Shown here: piece after piece, positions 37,438-45,983 of the stretch
Numbering within the stretch: position 1 is the first letter of the stretch
Layout: each line of letters begins with the position of its first letter
From: Alphaproteobacteria bacterium
Lineage (GTDB): Bacteria > Pseudomonadota > Alphaproteobacteria > Micavibrionales > Micavibrionaceae
Length of the DNA stretch: 64,000 nucleotides
Direction: 5' to 3'
Assembly: GCA_030426925.1 (NCBI GenBank)
Contig: JAUHXT010000002.1
Span: forward strand, 14,405 to 78,404
Program-made: the position numbers and the translations under genes
The notes under the pieces: model-generated
What the model was told of the DNA's origin: nothing
Databases searched by the model: none
Seen by the model: only the letters and a program-made list of their open reading frames with translations

Positions 37438-39012
37438 TTATTCTGCTGCACTCACTAAATTCATTTCATCCATGACGGCTTCTTTCGCCCGGCTGTCCGG
37501 AACATGCTGAAAGAAATCACTGCCAAGGCCGTTGATAATCGCCTGGACAAGTCCGCCATATTTTTCGCCGTCACCTTTGCGCGCATCGTAGATAATGCGG
37601 TCTTCATAACCGGAAATCCACAACGCTTCAGGATTGCGTTTTGCGATGACAAGGTCACCCGCCGTCCGCGCTTCGTGCGGGGAACGGTGGCATTTAAAGA
37701 CAATCAGTCCGTCCTTCAGCAATTCCTTCAATGTCATCTGGATGGCCATGGGCAGGGCGTCGAACATCGGCGTGTCGTCGGTTAACGGGTCGATGACGCT
37801 GATGATTTCCATTTTCCCCCATTCGGTAGACATCGCAAAGCGTGAGCGCGCGGTATCGGACTGTCCGCGCATGGCATCGTTATGAATCGCCCATGCTTCT
37901 TCAACCGGAAGGGAAAACGCTTTGTGCCCTTCGATATCGCGTCCCTGGAAAAGATATTTGAACTTGATGCCCATGCGGCGCAGTTCTTCATGCAGGATAC
38001 GCAAATCCGCTTCGTTATCATTTACCTTCTGGATAATCGGTGTCTGGTTTTCCAGTGAAACGAAGTGCAGGGACGTCAGCCGCTTCACCGCATCATAAGC
38101 GGTATCCAGCCATACATACCCCGGACCGTTTTCATTGGGAACGTAGTTGCCGTCCGCATCGCGCAGCAGGAATTCATCCGGGTGCGTGTAGTGCGTGACG
38201 ATATTAAAGTGCATGTGCGGATATTCGCCATTCAGGATTTTGAATGTTTCCATCATCGCATCATCAAAACGTTCCGGGCGGAACGCGATTTCCTTTGTGC
38301 CGAAGCGCAGCAGGTTTACGCGCGCTTCGCCCGCCGCTTTCGCAAAACGGTACAGCGTGCGGTTCGGCAATACCATGATGTCGCCGCCGGACAATAAAAG
38401 TTCGCGGATCGGGTAACGGCGCTTGCCTGTTTTCGGGTCCTTGCCGTCATTGTCCTTCAGGCTTTGATTATAATTGCGGATATAATCGCGCAGCTCTTCC
38501 GGGCGCACACTGGTTTTGCCAGTATCTTTGTTGAACAGGTCAAGGCGGTAGCAATAGCGGCAGTGCGCAGAGCAGGTAGGCGACGCATAGCCCAGAACAA
38601 TCTCGTCATACTTATGCAGCAATTTACCGTGGAGGGAGTTGCTGCTGGGCGTGAAATTCATCTGATTGGACGGGTCTTTCGCACCGTCCATATCGAATGT
38701 TTCGTTGAGACGGGGCAGGATGAGCGCGCCGATAGCCTTGCTCGGCGGCATTTTGGGAACCAGCACATTGCCGTCCCCGTCGCTAAGCTCTTCACCTATG
38801 GTCAGTGCCTGGTAATGTGGGTTTGTGCCGAACATCATGCGTTTATCAACGCCGGCTTCCTGCATTTCCGCATATTCTTCTTCGTTATAGATATTCCTTA
38901 AAAGCTCGCTGACGCGGTGGTGCGTAAAACGTCCCCGCAGCGGCCGCAAGTGCCGCAGGCTGGTTTTCGGAATATCAATATCATGGGTTGTAATCGTGTC
39001 GTCGTTCTGCAT
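37438..39012 (-). CDS. KamA-family radical SAM aminomutase-like protein (extended N- and C-termini)
   Basis: CSAHCRYCYR (CxxxCxxC) and LLSGGDIMVL. Start set at ATG 39012 behind a GAGGGAG SD. About 524 aa, longer than the ~410-420 aa typical of lysine or glutamate 2,3-aminomutases. Confidence 0.88.
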   Translation of the reverse strand: MQNDDTITTHDIDIPKTSLRHLRPLRGRFTHHRVSELLRNIYNEEEYAEMQEAGVDKRMMFGTNPHYQALTIGEELSDGDGNVLVPKMPPSKAIGALILPRLNETFDMDGAKDPSNQMNFTPSSNSLHGKLLHKYDEIVLGYASPTCSAHCRYCYRLDLFNKDTGKTSVRPEELRDYIRNYNQSLKDNDGKDPKTGKRRYPIRELLLSGGDIMVLPNRTLYRFAKAAGEARVNLLRFGTKEIAFRPERFDDAMMETFKILNGEYPHMHFNIVTHYTHPDEFLLRDADGNYVPNENGPGYVWLDTAYDAVKRLTSLHFVSLENQTPIIQKVNDNEADLRILHEELRRMGIKFKYLFQGRDIEGHKAFSLPVEEAWAIHNDAMRGQSDTARSRFAMSTEWGKMEIISVIDPLTDDTPMFDALPMAIQMTLKELLKDGLIVFKCHRSPHEARTAGDLVIAKRNPEALWISGYEDRIIYDARKGDGEKYGGLVQAIINGLGSDFFQHVPDSRAKEAVMDEMNLVSAAE

Positions 39013-39371
39013 GGCTCCCTCTATTAATGCCGTTTGCAAAAGTAGGCCTGCTTACCCTCAAACCTGCGCAAAGTATTTGTATAGATGAGACAAAAATGCA
39101 ATAGAAATCGACTGCGAAGTTATTGTTTTCAAAGACTTTTCTCCTTGCGCTGCAGCAAAGGAATCTGCCCGTTTTCAGGAGTTTCTTAATAAATAGAACG
39201 GGTTAGTCGAATGCTTCACTGCAACATAATTTTTGCATATCTACTATGTGTAATGTGCATGGCTCTGCGTTGAAATTCAAGTAATTTGGAAACTTCATGC
39301 ACAGGGGGGTTGAATTAACGCTTCGAACCTCATACAAAAACGACCTGATTTTAACAAGCAGACACATACCT

Positions 39372-39923
39372 ATGAAAAATCGGTCGTTTCTGGCACTGAT
39401 GTATCTTCTGTCTTACCTGCTGGTAGGCTGCGCGGCCACCACGTCGCGTGATGCCGACAGGCCGCAAGCCGGGCACGGCGCGTTCTATTCCGTCGATGCG
39501 CCGGTCCAGTGTGTCACCTATGCCCGCGAAGTCACGGGAATTCCTATTTACGGTGATGCCCATACATGGTGGCGGCAGGCCGGGAATGCGGGCTACCGCC
39601 GCGGTCATATCCCAAGGCCGGGCGCCGTCATGGTTTTGTCGAAGACAAGGAAACTGCAATACGGGCATCTGGCGGTCGTCAAAAAAGTTTTGAATGAACG
39701 CGAGGTTGAAGTGACGCACAGCAACTGGGGTGACAATCATGAGCGCCGTTGTGTGATATATAATGCCATGCGTGTGCAGGACGTGTCATCCGAAGGGGAC
39801 TGGTCGCGCGTGCGCTTCTGGAATTACGAAATCAACGGTTGGGGATTGCCGTATGCGGCGTCCGGTTTCATTTACCCGAAAGATAAACCGCAATTGTTAA
39901 GCGATATGATTTCCGCCGGGTAA
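39372..39923 (+). CDS. CHAP-domain lipoprotein (peptidoglycan amidase/peptidase-like)
   Basis: Lipobox LLVGC. The catalytic Cys context QCVTYAR and the His context YGHLAVV are as in CHAP domains. Confidence 0.8.
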   Translation: MKNRSFLALMYLLSYLLVGCAATTSRDADRPQAGHGAFYSVDAPVQCVTYAREVTGIPIYGDAHTWWRQAGNAGYRRGHIPRPGAVMVLSKTRKLQYGHLAVVKKVLNEREVEVTHSNWGDNHERRCVIYNAMRVQDVSSEGDWSRVRFWNYEINGWGLPYAASGFIYPKDKPQLLSDMISAG

Positions 39924-42128
39924 CAGCAGGTCATCCGCTTTATTTTCAAACACGCCTTCCAGCACAGCCAGAACGGTGCGCCCGTTATCCCCGCCGCATG
40001 ATGAGGTGTTGATAAAGCCGATTTCCGTTCCGTCTTCCGTGCGCTGGGCAAAGATAAGGTCTTCGATATCACGCCCGTGCCCGTTGCCGTTATCCAGTAT
40101 GTCGGTGATGTCGATGTAATCTTCACCAACCTTGAAATCACGGATTGTATCAACGCCTTCGGACTGGGCGCTTAAAACGAAAATATCTTCGCCGTCACCG
40201 CCATAGAAAATATCTTCGCCGTCACTGGAATACAGCGTGTCGTCGCCGTCAAAGCCGATAATCAGGTCGTCGGAATCCGTGCCGTACAGGACGTTATCAA
40301 GGTCATCGCCGCCGATACGGTTTTTCATGCTGAACACATCGTCCTGCAAATGGTCGATGTCAGTATTGCGCATGATGATATCGGCCAGGCTGGTGTCCTG
40401 AATCTCATCAATCAGGTCGCTATCCAGCCGCCCTTCATACCAGAAACGGTCACCATCGCGCAGGCGCGTAAACTGGTCGACAATAATAGTGTAGAAAGTT
40501 TCGCCCACCAGCGCGTCATGGAACGGGGATTCAATCAAACCGCCGACCCATAAATCGAGGTTGGAAATATCGCCGTAAAGCTGGACAAGCTTGGCTGCGA
40601 TATCGGCGTCATGCGTCAGGTCAAAAAAGCTGTCGATCGGATCAAGGCCATATGCTTCACGCACGGAATTAAAGTCCGGCAATCCGTGATCGCGTCCGCG
40701 CTGGATGTTCAGGGACACAAGATCAAACCCGCCGGCGCCCGGAGGACCGAACAGGAAGTTCCGTACATCGTCGATGATGGAATAATCAATATGCTGGGAA
40801 TAGGAAGACCCGACCCCGCGCAGGATTTCATCAATTCCGCCCTGCGTCATGATAACGTCGGGACGGAAGAACGCGTTTTGCAAAGTCAAGTTGCCGTAAT
40901 CGGAAGTCTCGCCGTTTTCCTGCACACGGAAAATATCGGACGACAGCATTGTGTGGCCGACACGGAACGCGGCCGTTGCAAATTCAGTCGCGATTTGCGG
41001 GTTAACGTCGGCGTCATAGCCTTTGTACTTGCCGATGGCGTCATGCCCCAAAAGTGCCGGCAGGAATTCATCATAGGTAATATGCTGGATTTCAGCTTCC
41101 ACGATGGCCTTGGCATGCTGGTACAGCTCTTCATCTGTATAGTCCGGATGCTTGGCCGCCAGCTGGTCGACCCAGAAATTATGTTCGCGCACAAACAGCG
41201 TGTGCATGGATGTAAGGCCGACATTTTCATTCGCGCGCACATCACCGGCGTGGAATTCCATACCGTGATCGCCAGAAGTAAGGGGCAGCAGGTCGCCCGC
41301 ACTCATCTTCAGCTTGCCGCCTTCGCCGCGTAACTGCGCTTCGACTTCAGCGGTGGAGCCGTAAACATTGGAGGCATCGATAAACGCCGTAATGTCGTTG
41401 ACCTGAAGGCGGGGATTATCAGCATCGGTCCCCGTTCCGTCCGCATAACCGGAACGTGTGAGGCTGATTGTTTGCGTGCCTGTAAAGTAAGGATCGAAAT
41501 ACGGATCGCCCGTCGGCACTTCTATATTATAAGTCTCGCCATGTCCTTCACGTGTCAGGTTGATATCGTGGTCGACAAACTGCCCCCACACCCACAGGAA
41601 GTTCGACATGCCGGAATGATTGTAGACATTGCCGCTTTGTGCGAACAGGACGTTGCTGACATCGCGTGCACTTGGGCGGTCTGCATCGTTTGGTGTGGAA
41701 ATACCATCGCCGTATTCATAACCGGACACAGTCATAAACGTGCTGCCAGTTGTGCCGTAATAGCTATGCGCGACGTTATTGCCGCTGCCGTCTATCGTGC
41801 GGAATTCAAAAGAGTCCGTGGCATCGTCGTCTTTGGGGTGATCATTGCGACCCTGCCCAAAAAATTTTCCATGCCGGAGCATCATCATATTGTTGTGCGA
41901 GCTGTCTGAATCATCCTGCCGGAATAGATTGAAAGAATTCCGTTGAAACGATATGCGGGGCTGCCCCTCACCGTGCCGTTCCGGCCTGTTGAAATGGTTG
42001 GTATCAAAACGAATAGGGTTGTGCAAGCTGCCAAAACCGCGGTCATCGCCATCATCCACAAAAGGAATGTCGAAAGGCGATTTTGCCTCGCCGAACTGCT
42101 TAAAGAAAGAAAACACACTTAGCCGCAT
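39897..42128 (-). CDS. Animal-haem-peroxidase family protein with C-terminal RTX calcium-binding repeats
   Basis: RTIDGSGNN, WGQFVDHDI, HTLFVREHN and FRVGHTML are peroxidase-cyclooxygenase signatures. The C-terminus has GGDDLDNVLYGTDSDDLIIGFDGDDTLYSSDGEDIFYGGDGEDIF repeats. No N-terminal signal peptide. Confidence 0.88.
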   Translation of the reverse strand: MRLSVFSFFKQFGEAKSPFDIPFVDDGDDRGFGSLHNPIRFDTNHFNRPERHGEGQPRISFQRNSFNLFRQDDSDSSHNNMMMLRHGKFFGQGRNDHPKDDDATDSFEFRTIDGSGNNVAHSYYGTTGSTFMTVSGYEYGDGISTPNDADRPSARDVSNVLFAQSGNVYNHSGMSNFLWVWGQFVDHDINLTREGHGETYNIEVPTGDPYFDPYFTGTQTISLTRSGYADGTGTDADNPRLQVNDITAFIDASNVYGSTAEVEAQLRGEGGKLKMSAGDLLPLTSGDHGMEFHAGDVRANENVGLTSMHTLFVREHNFWVDQLAAKHPDYTDEELYQHAKAIVEAEIQHITYDEFLPALLGHDAIGKYKGYDADVNPQIATEFATAAFRVGHTMLSSDIFRVQENGETSDYGNLTLQNAFFRPDVIMTQGGIDEILRGVGSSYSQHIDYSIIDDVRNFLFGPPGAGGFDLVSLNIQRGRDHGLPDFNSVREAYGLDPIDSFFDLTHDADIAAKLVQLYGDISNLDLWVGGLIESPFHDALVGETFYTIIVDQFTRLRDGDRFWYEGRLDSDLIDEIQDTSLADIIMRNTDIDHLQDDVFSMKNRIGGDDLDNVLYGTDSDDLIIGFDGDDTLYSSDGEDIFYGGDGEDIFVLSAQSEGVDTIRDFKVGEDYIDITDILDNGNGHGRDIEDLIFAQRTEDGTEIGFINTSSCGGDNGRTVLAVLEGVFENKADDLLLPGGNHIA

Positions 42129-42244
42129 ACCGTTACTCGTCTCAACTCAATAGGTGATTCCCGGGGACAATATGCCATATTTATGAAAAACTCAAGGAAG
42201 TTTTCAGGAATTAACTATTTTACAGACAGGTTTTTCAGGGCAAG

Positions 42245-42640
42245 ATGGCGAACAGGATGGAATGGATGAAAAAAACACTCATATACGGCGCTTTTCTGGG
42301 GCTTTTATCGGTTGTCATGGGGGCCATAGGCGACCACGCCATACAGATAGAGCAGGGGCAGGAGCATATACTGGAAACGGCCCTTCGCTATAATATGCTC
42401 TACGCCGTCCTGATTACGGCGCTTTCCGTGCAACCCCTGATAACGTCGAGGGCCATGATGCTTTGCATCCGGCTGTTTTGCGCCGGAACCACCCTGTTTT
42501 GTTTCAGCCTGTATGGCATGCTTCTAACCGGGCAGGCGTGGATGGCCTATATCGCACCCATTGGTGGAATCACGCTGATGGCGTCCTGGGCAATGCTGGG
42601 CTATGCCGCGTTCAAAGGCGGCACGACCCCTCAAAAATAA
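42245..42640 (+). CDS. DUF423 family membrane protein
   Basis: Four predicted TM helices, a GAIGDHA motif, and ~130 aa. Confidence 0.8.
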   Translation: MANRMEWMKKTLIYGAFLGLLSVVMGAIGDHAIQIEQGQEHILETALRYNMLYAVLITALSVQPLITSRAMMLCIRLFCAGTTLFCFSLYGMLLTGQAWMAYIAPIGGITLMASWAMLGYAAFKGGTTPQK

Positions 42641-42768
42641 TAATGGAAACAATGTTTTGGAGCGTCTGTAACGACTGTAAATAAAAGCTGTTTCATATTC
42701 TTTGCTGCCATGCAACAATCCCGGCATAGGATTCTATGTATTACATAAAGTAACACTTGGAGGTTGTA

Positions 42769-44295
42769 ATGTTCGGTGCTATAAACCCAAGCAATCAAAT
42801 GCTGATGGCCGAACTATCGCGGCGTAAAGAGTTAAGTTTTATGTGTGTTCACAGGAATATTTATAATATACCGCTACGGCTAAGTAGTATTGTTGTGATT
42901 ATTGATATAGTTGCTCTTTTTATTTCGTATATCGTCAGTAATTACTACTTCACTTCTTTTTCAGAAAAAACCGCTATAGCATTTGGCTCTCAGGGATTTA
43001 ACTATTTCTTCCTTCTTGGCGCACTTGTCCTGTTGAATTTCGCCCGCAAAGGCCACTACCGCAAACGCGTTCCGTGGTGGCAGCAGGTCCGCACCATCGT
43101 ACAGACCATTTTCGCCACGGCACTCATTACATTGCTGATGAATGTCATTTTTGATCTCGAGATGTCGATGGGGGCTGTAACGGCAGGCTGGATGGTCACA
43201 ATGGTTCTGCTGTTATGCTTCCGGCACTTAACATTCCAGATTCTGCCGAAATTCAGGGACTGGAAAGTTCCTGTCACGCTGTTTGGCGATAACCAGATGG
43301 TCATAGACTGTATCCACGCCTTCTATAATGATGGACATACAGGTATTCACGTCAAAAACATTATGCTGCGGGATAAGGAAAAGGAACCTGTTTGCCTCGA
43401 CTTTATTCCACCATCTCATAGTTCGATCACCATGATTGACGCCACCGGCGATTATCTGGACTACATTTTGCAAAATAAGGATGTCTTTTACATTATTGGT
43501 CTGGAAGGGGTGCGCGGAGATAACCGCGACCGTTTAATCCAGGCGCTTGTAGACAATGAAATCTCCTATGCCGTAGTGCCGCCGACAAAGCGTCTGCATC
43601 TATATGGCATGAACCCCCAGCACTTCTTTGGTAACGATGTCATGCTGTTGCACGAGCGGGAGTTTTTGCAAGAGCCTCTCGAACGGTTTTTGGAACGTGC
43701 CTTTGACATCACCGTGTCGGCCGCACTGATGCCTGTTTTGGGAATCATAACACTGGCGGTATACACGTTGAAAAAAATGGAAGGCTCGGACACGCCGATA
43801 TTTTATGGCGGCAAGCGGATTGGAAAAGGCGGAAAAGAGTTCAACTGCTGGAAGTTCTGTACCATGCGCCGGGATGCGGATCAGGTGTTGAATAATTTGC
43901 TGGAACAGGACCCTGTGTTGAAAGAGGAATGGGAAAAATTCCAGAAACTAAAAGACGACCCGCGCATCGATTCCAGAATTTCAAAAAAACTGCGTAGTAC
44001 AAGTCTGGATGAACTTCCCCAGCTATGGAATGTCATGAAAGGGGAGATGTCACTGGTCGGGCCGCGTCCGATTTTGCCCGAACAAAAACAGGATTACGGA
44101 GAGCTGTTAGGTCTGTACGAAAGCGTTCGTCCCGGTGTTACCGGCCTGTGGCAGGTCAGCGGCAGAAACGACACAACGTTTCAGCAAAGGGTGTATTGGG
44201 ACGGGTGGTATATCAGGAACTGGTCGTTCTGGCACGATGTCGTGATTTTGTTCAAAACCATTTCGGTCCTGTTCAACAAAAACGGCGCCTATTAA
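42769..44295 (+). CDS. Exopolysaccharide priming polyprenyl-phosphate glycosylphosphotransferase (WbaP/ExoY-type sugar transferase)
   Basis: N-terminal TM helices. The C-terminal domain has DELPQLWNVMKGEMSLVGPRP and PGVTGLWQVSGR. Start at ATG 42769 after a GGAGG SD. Confidence 0.88.
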   Translation: MFGAINPSNQMLMAELSRRKELSFMCVHRNIYNIPLRLSSIVVIIDIVALFISYIVSNYYFTSFSEKTAIAFGSQGFNYFFLLGALVLLNFARKGHYRKRVPWWQQVRTIVQTIFATALITLLMNVIFDLEMSMGAVTAGWMVTMVLLLCFRHLTFQILPKFRDWKVPVTLFGDNQMVIDCIHAFYNDGHTGIHVKNIMLRDKEKEPVCLDFIPPSHSSITMIDATGDYLDYILQNKDVFYIIGLEGVRGDNRDRLIQALVDNEISYAVVPPTKRLHLYGMNPQHFFGNDVMLLHEREFLQEPLERFLERAFDITVSAALMPVLGIITLAVYTLKKMEGSDTPIFYGGKRIGKGGKEFNCWKFCTMRRDADQVLNNLLEQDPVLKEEWEKFQKLKDDPRIDSRISKKLRSTSLDELPQLWNVMKGEMSLVGPRPILPEQKQDYGELLGLYESVRPGVTGLWQVSGRNDTTFQQRVYWDGWYIRNWSFWHDVVILFKTISVLFNKNGAY

Positions 44296-44305
44296 AAAAA
44301 TCTGC

Positions 44306-45070
44306 TTATTGCGTCTTAAAGAAAATCCGGTAAAGCCAGGCCGGGATATAATAGCGCCTTTTGTTCATGACCGTACCAATAATATCGCCGCCCTGATCTT
44401 CGATCATGTTTTTCAGGCGCTGGGCAACTGGTGCGCGCACACGCTCCGCTTCGATAATCAGGATCGTCCCCTTGACCATCGGCACGATGCTTGAAAGCGC
44501 GTTGCTGCCGGATACATTTTCGGAATAAAGAACGACAAGGTCATATTCGCTTTTCGCCCAGTTCAGGATGTCTTCGATCATGCCCTTGTCCGTTCTCCAG
44601 CGTGAAGCCTGTTCGATCGGGCTGGATAGCGCGGCGAAATAACAATGACTGCCTTCGAAATTGGCAAGGGGCTTGGCATCCGCTTTTTCAAATCGCTTTG
44701 TGTTCAGCGCATGGTCGTCCAGAGTAACATTCACGCCGTACTGGAACGCCGATTGCCGTCCCATGACCTGGATTAAAAGGATTTTGGCTTGCCGGTAAGA
44801 AGAAATATTAACCGCCGCCTGCAAGGCGATGTTCCCGGTCCCTTCCTTGCTATAGGCGCTTGTCAGGTGAACGAAAGAGTTACCTGTTTTTTCCTGATAT
44901 TGGTCTATGGCCCCGATCACTTGCGAGATCCCGGCGGCGGGGAGATTCATGTTGGCAGAGGCATCAAAGGAATAAACCGGCAAGGGTTCGTTGAAATAAC
45001 TTTGCCCTTGTGCGTTATCGTGCATGTTATCTGCTGTGGATGCTGCTTTACTCATCTTGCTACTTATCAA
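44306..45070 (-). CDS. BY-kinase-like (CpsD/Wzc C-terminal-like) protein with a degenerate P-loop
   Basis: The fold-level pattern resembles polysaccharide co-polymerase tyrosine kinases (LTSAYSKEGTGNIALQAAV, YDLVVLYSE, GTVMNK). The Walker A position reads EGTGN rather than EGKS/T. Confidence 0.7.
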   Translation of the reverse strand: MISSKMSKAASTADNMHDNAQGQSYFNEPLPVYSFDASANMNLPAAGISQVIGAIDQYQEKTGNSFVHLTSAYSKEGTGNIALQAAVNISSYRQAKILLIQVMGRQSAFQYGVNVTLDDHALNTKRFEKADAKPLANFEGSHCYFAALSSPIEQASRWRTDKGMIEDILNWAKSEYDLVVLYSENVSGSNALSSIVPMVKGTILIIEAERVRAPVAQRLKNMIEDQGGDIIGTVMNKRRYYIPAWLYRIFFKTQ

Positions 45071-45798
45071 TCACCGTTATCATCCAGTCTGTATGACAGG
45101 CCAAGGCCGACAGACGGACGTAAGAATTGCTGGATATTTTGTTCATAATGGACGAAGGCTTCGGCAACGCCCGTGCGCGGAACGAACAGTATGTCGTAAG
45201 GCGCAAGCGGTACATTGGCCTGCGGGTCCAGACCGTGCGCCGCCAACTGGTAATCCGCCAGATAGTTCGCGTTGGTTCCGTCATTCATCTGGCGTGTAAT
45301 TACGATTTCTTGAACATCGGCGGAATGTTCGACATCGCCTGCCATTGCCAGTGCCTGAAGCAGGGTCAGCCTTGGTCCGACATATTCATATTCGCCGGGC
45401 TTTGCGACTTCCCCCAGAACGTAAAAGCGTGTCGGTGCGAAATTTTTAACGCTGACCGAAACTTTCGGGTCCGTCAGTTCCTGCCTGTACATGGCATTCA
45501 GTTCATTTTGAAGGATGGCAGGTGTGCGGCCGAAAGCGGGAATGTCCTGTAACAGGCTGGTGGAAATCATCCCGTCAGGACGTACCGTGACCATTTCGTT
45601 CAGTTCAGGGTTCAGGAGAAATCTGATATCCAGCTCATCGCCGATTTGAAGCAAATAAGGTTGCAGCTTCGCCGGCGCATCATTAAAAACGAGTTTCGAA
45701 GGTGCCTGCGGAAAGTTTCGCTCTGGTGTGGCGCAGGCGCTAAGCCCTATAACCGCGAACGCAAGCAGTAACCCTTTGATTGGAAAAACAAATCGCAT
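45067..45798 (-). CDS. Polysaccharide export outer-membrane lipoprotein (Wza-like)
   Basis: Lipobox GLSAC. Poly_export motif LQIGDELDIRF...VRPDGMIS and an SLBB-like C-terminus. Start at the internal ATG 45798. Confidence 0.85.
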   Translation of the reverse strand: MRFVFPIKGLLLAFAVIGLSACATPERNFPQAPSKLVFNDAPAKLQPYLLQIGDELDIRFLLNPELNEMVTVRPDGMISTSLLQDIPAFGRTPAILQNELNAMYRQELTDPKVSVSVKNFAPTRFYVLGEVAKPGEYEYVGPRLTLLQALAMAGDVEHSADVQEIVITRQMNDGTNANYLADYQLAAHGLDPQANVPLAPYDILFVPRTGVAEAFVHYEQNIQQFLRPSVGLGLSYRLDDNGD

Positions 45799-45871
45799 AA
45801 TACATAGTCTGGTTTGTGATGCTGAGAGCCCTAAACTAGTGGACTTTTCAAGATTTATCAAACCTTTTTTT

Positions 45872-45895
45872 ATTAAATAAAAACAATTATTTAAT
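45872..45895. promoter_or_regulatory. Perfect 9-bp inverted repeat (candidate operator) in the wza/wzx divergent promoter region
   Basis: ATTAAATAA-aaacaa-TTATTTAAT lies in the AT-rich 185-bp spacer. Confidence 0.35.
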
Positions 45896-45983
45896 GTAAA
45901 ATTCTGTGATATCTTGCTTCGTAATTTTTTGCATTATGGTAATATGTGGCGGGCAACAGTAACGATAATGGCGACGGCAACGT

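Noticed and set aside
40611-41333. 240-aa plus-strand ORF inside the peroxidase gene
   Set aside because: It is antisense to a strongly motif-supported haem peroxidase, and no motif or SD was found.
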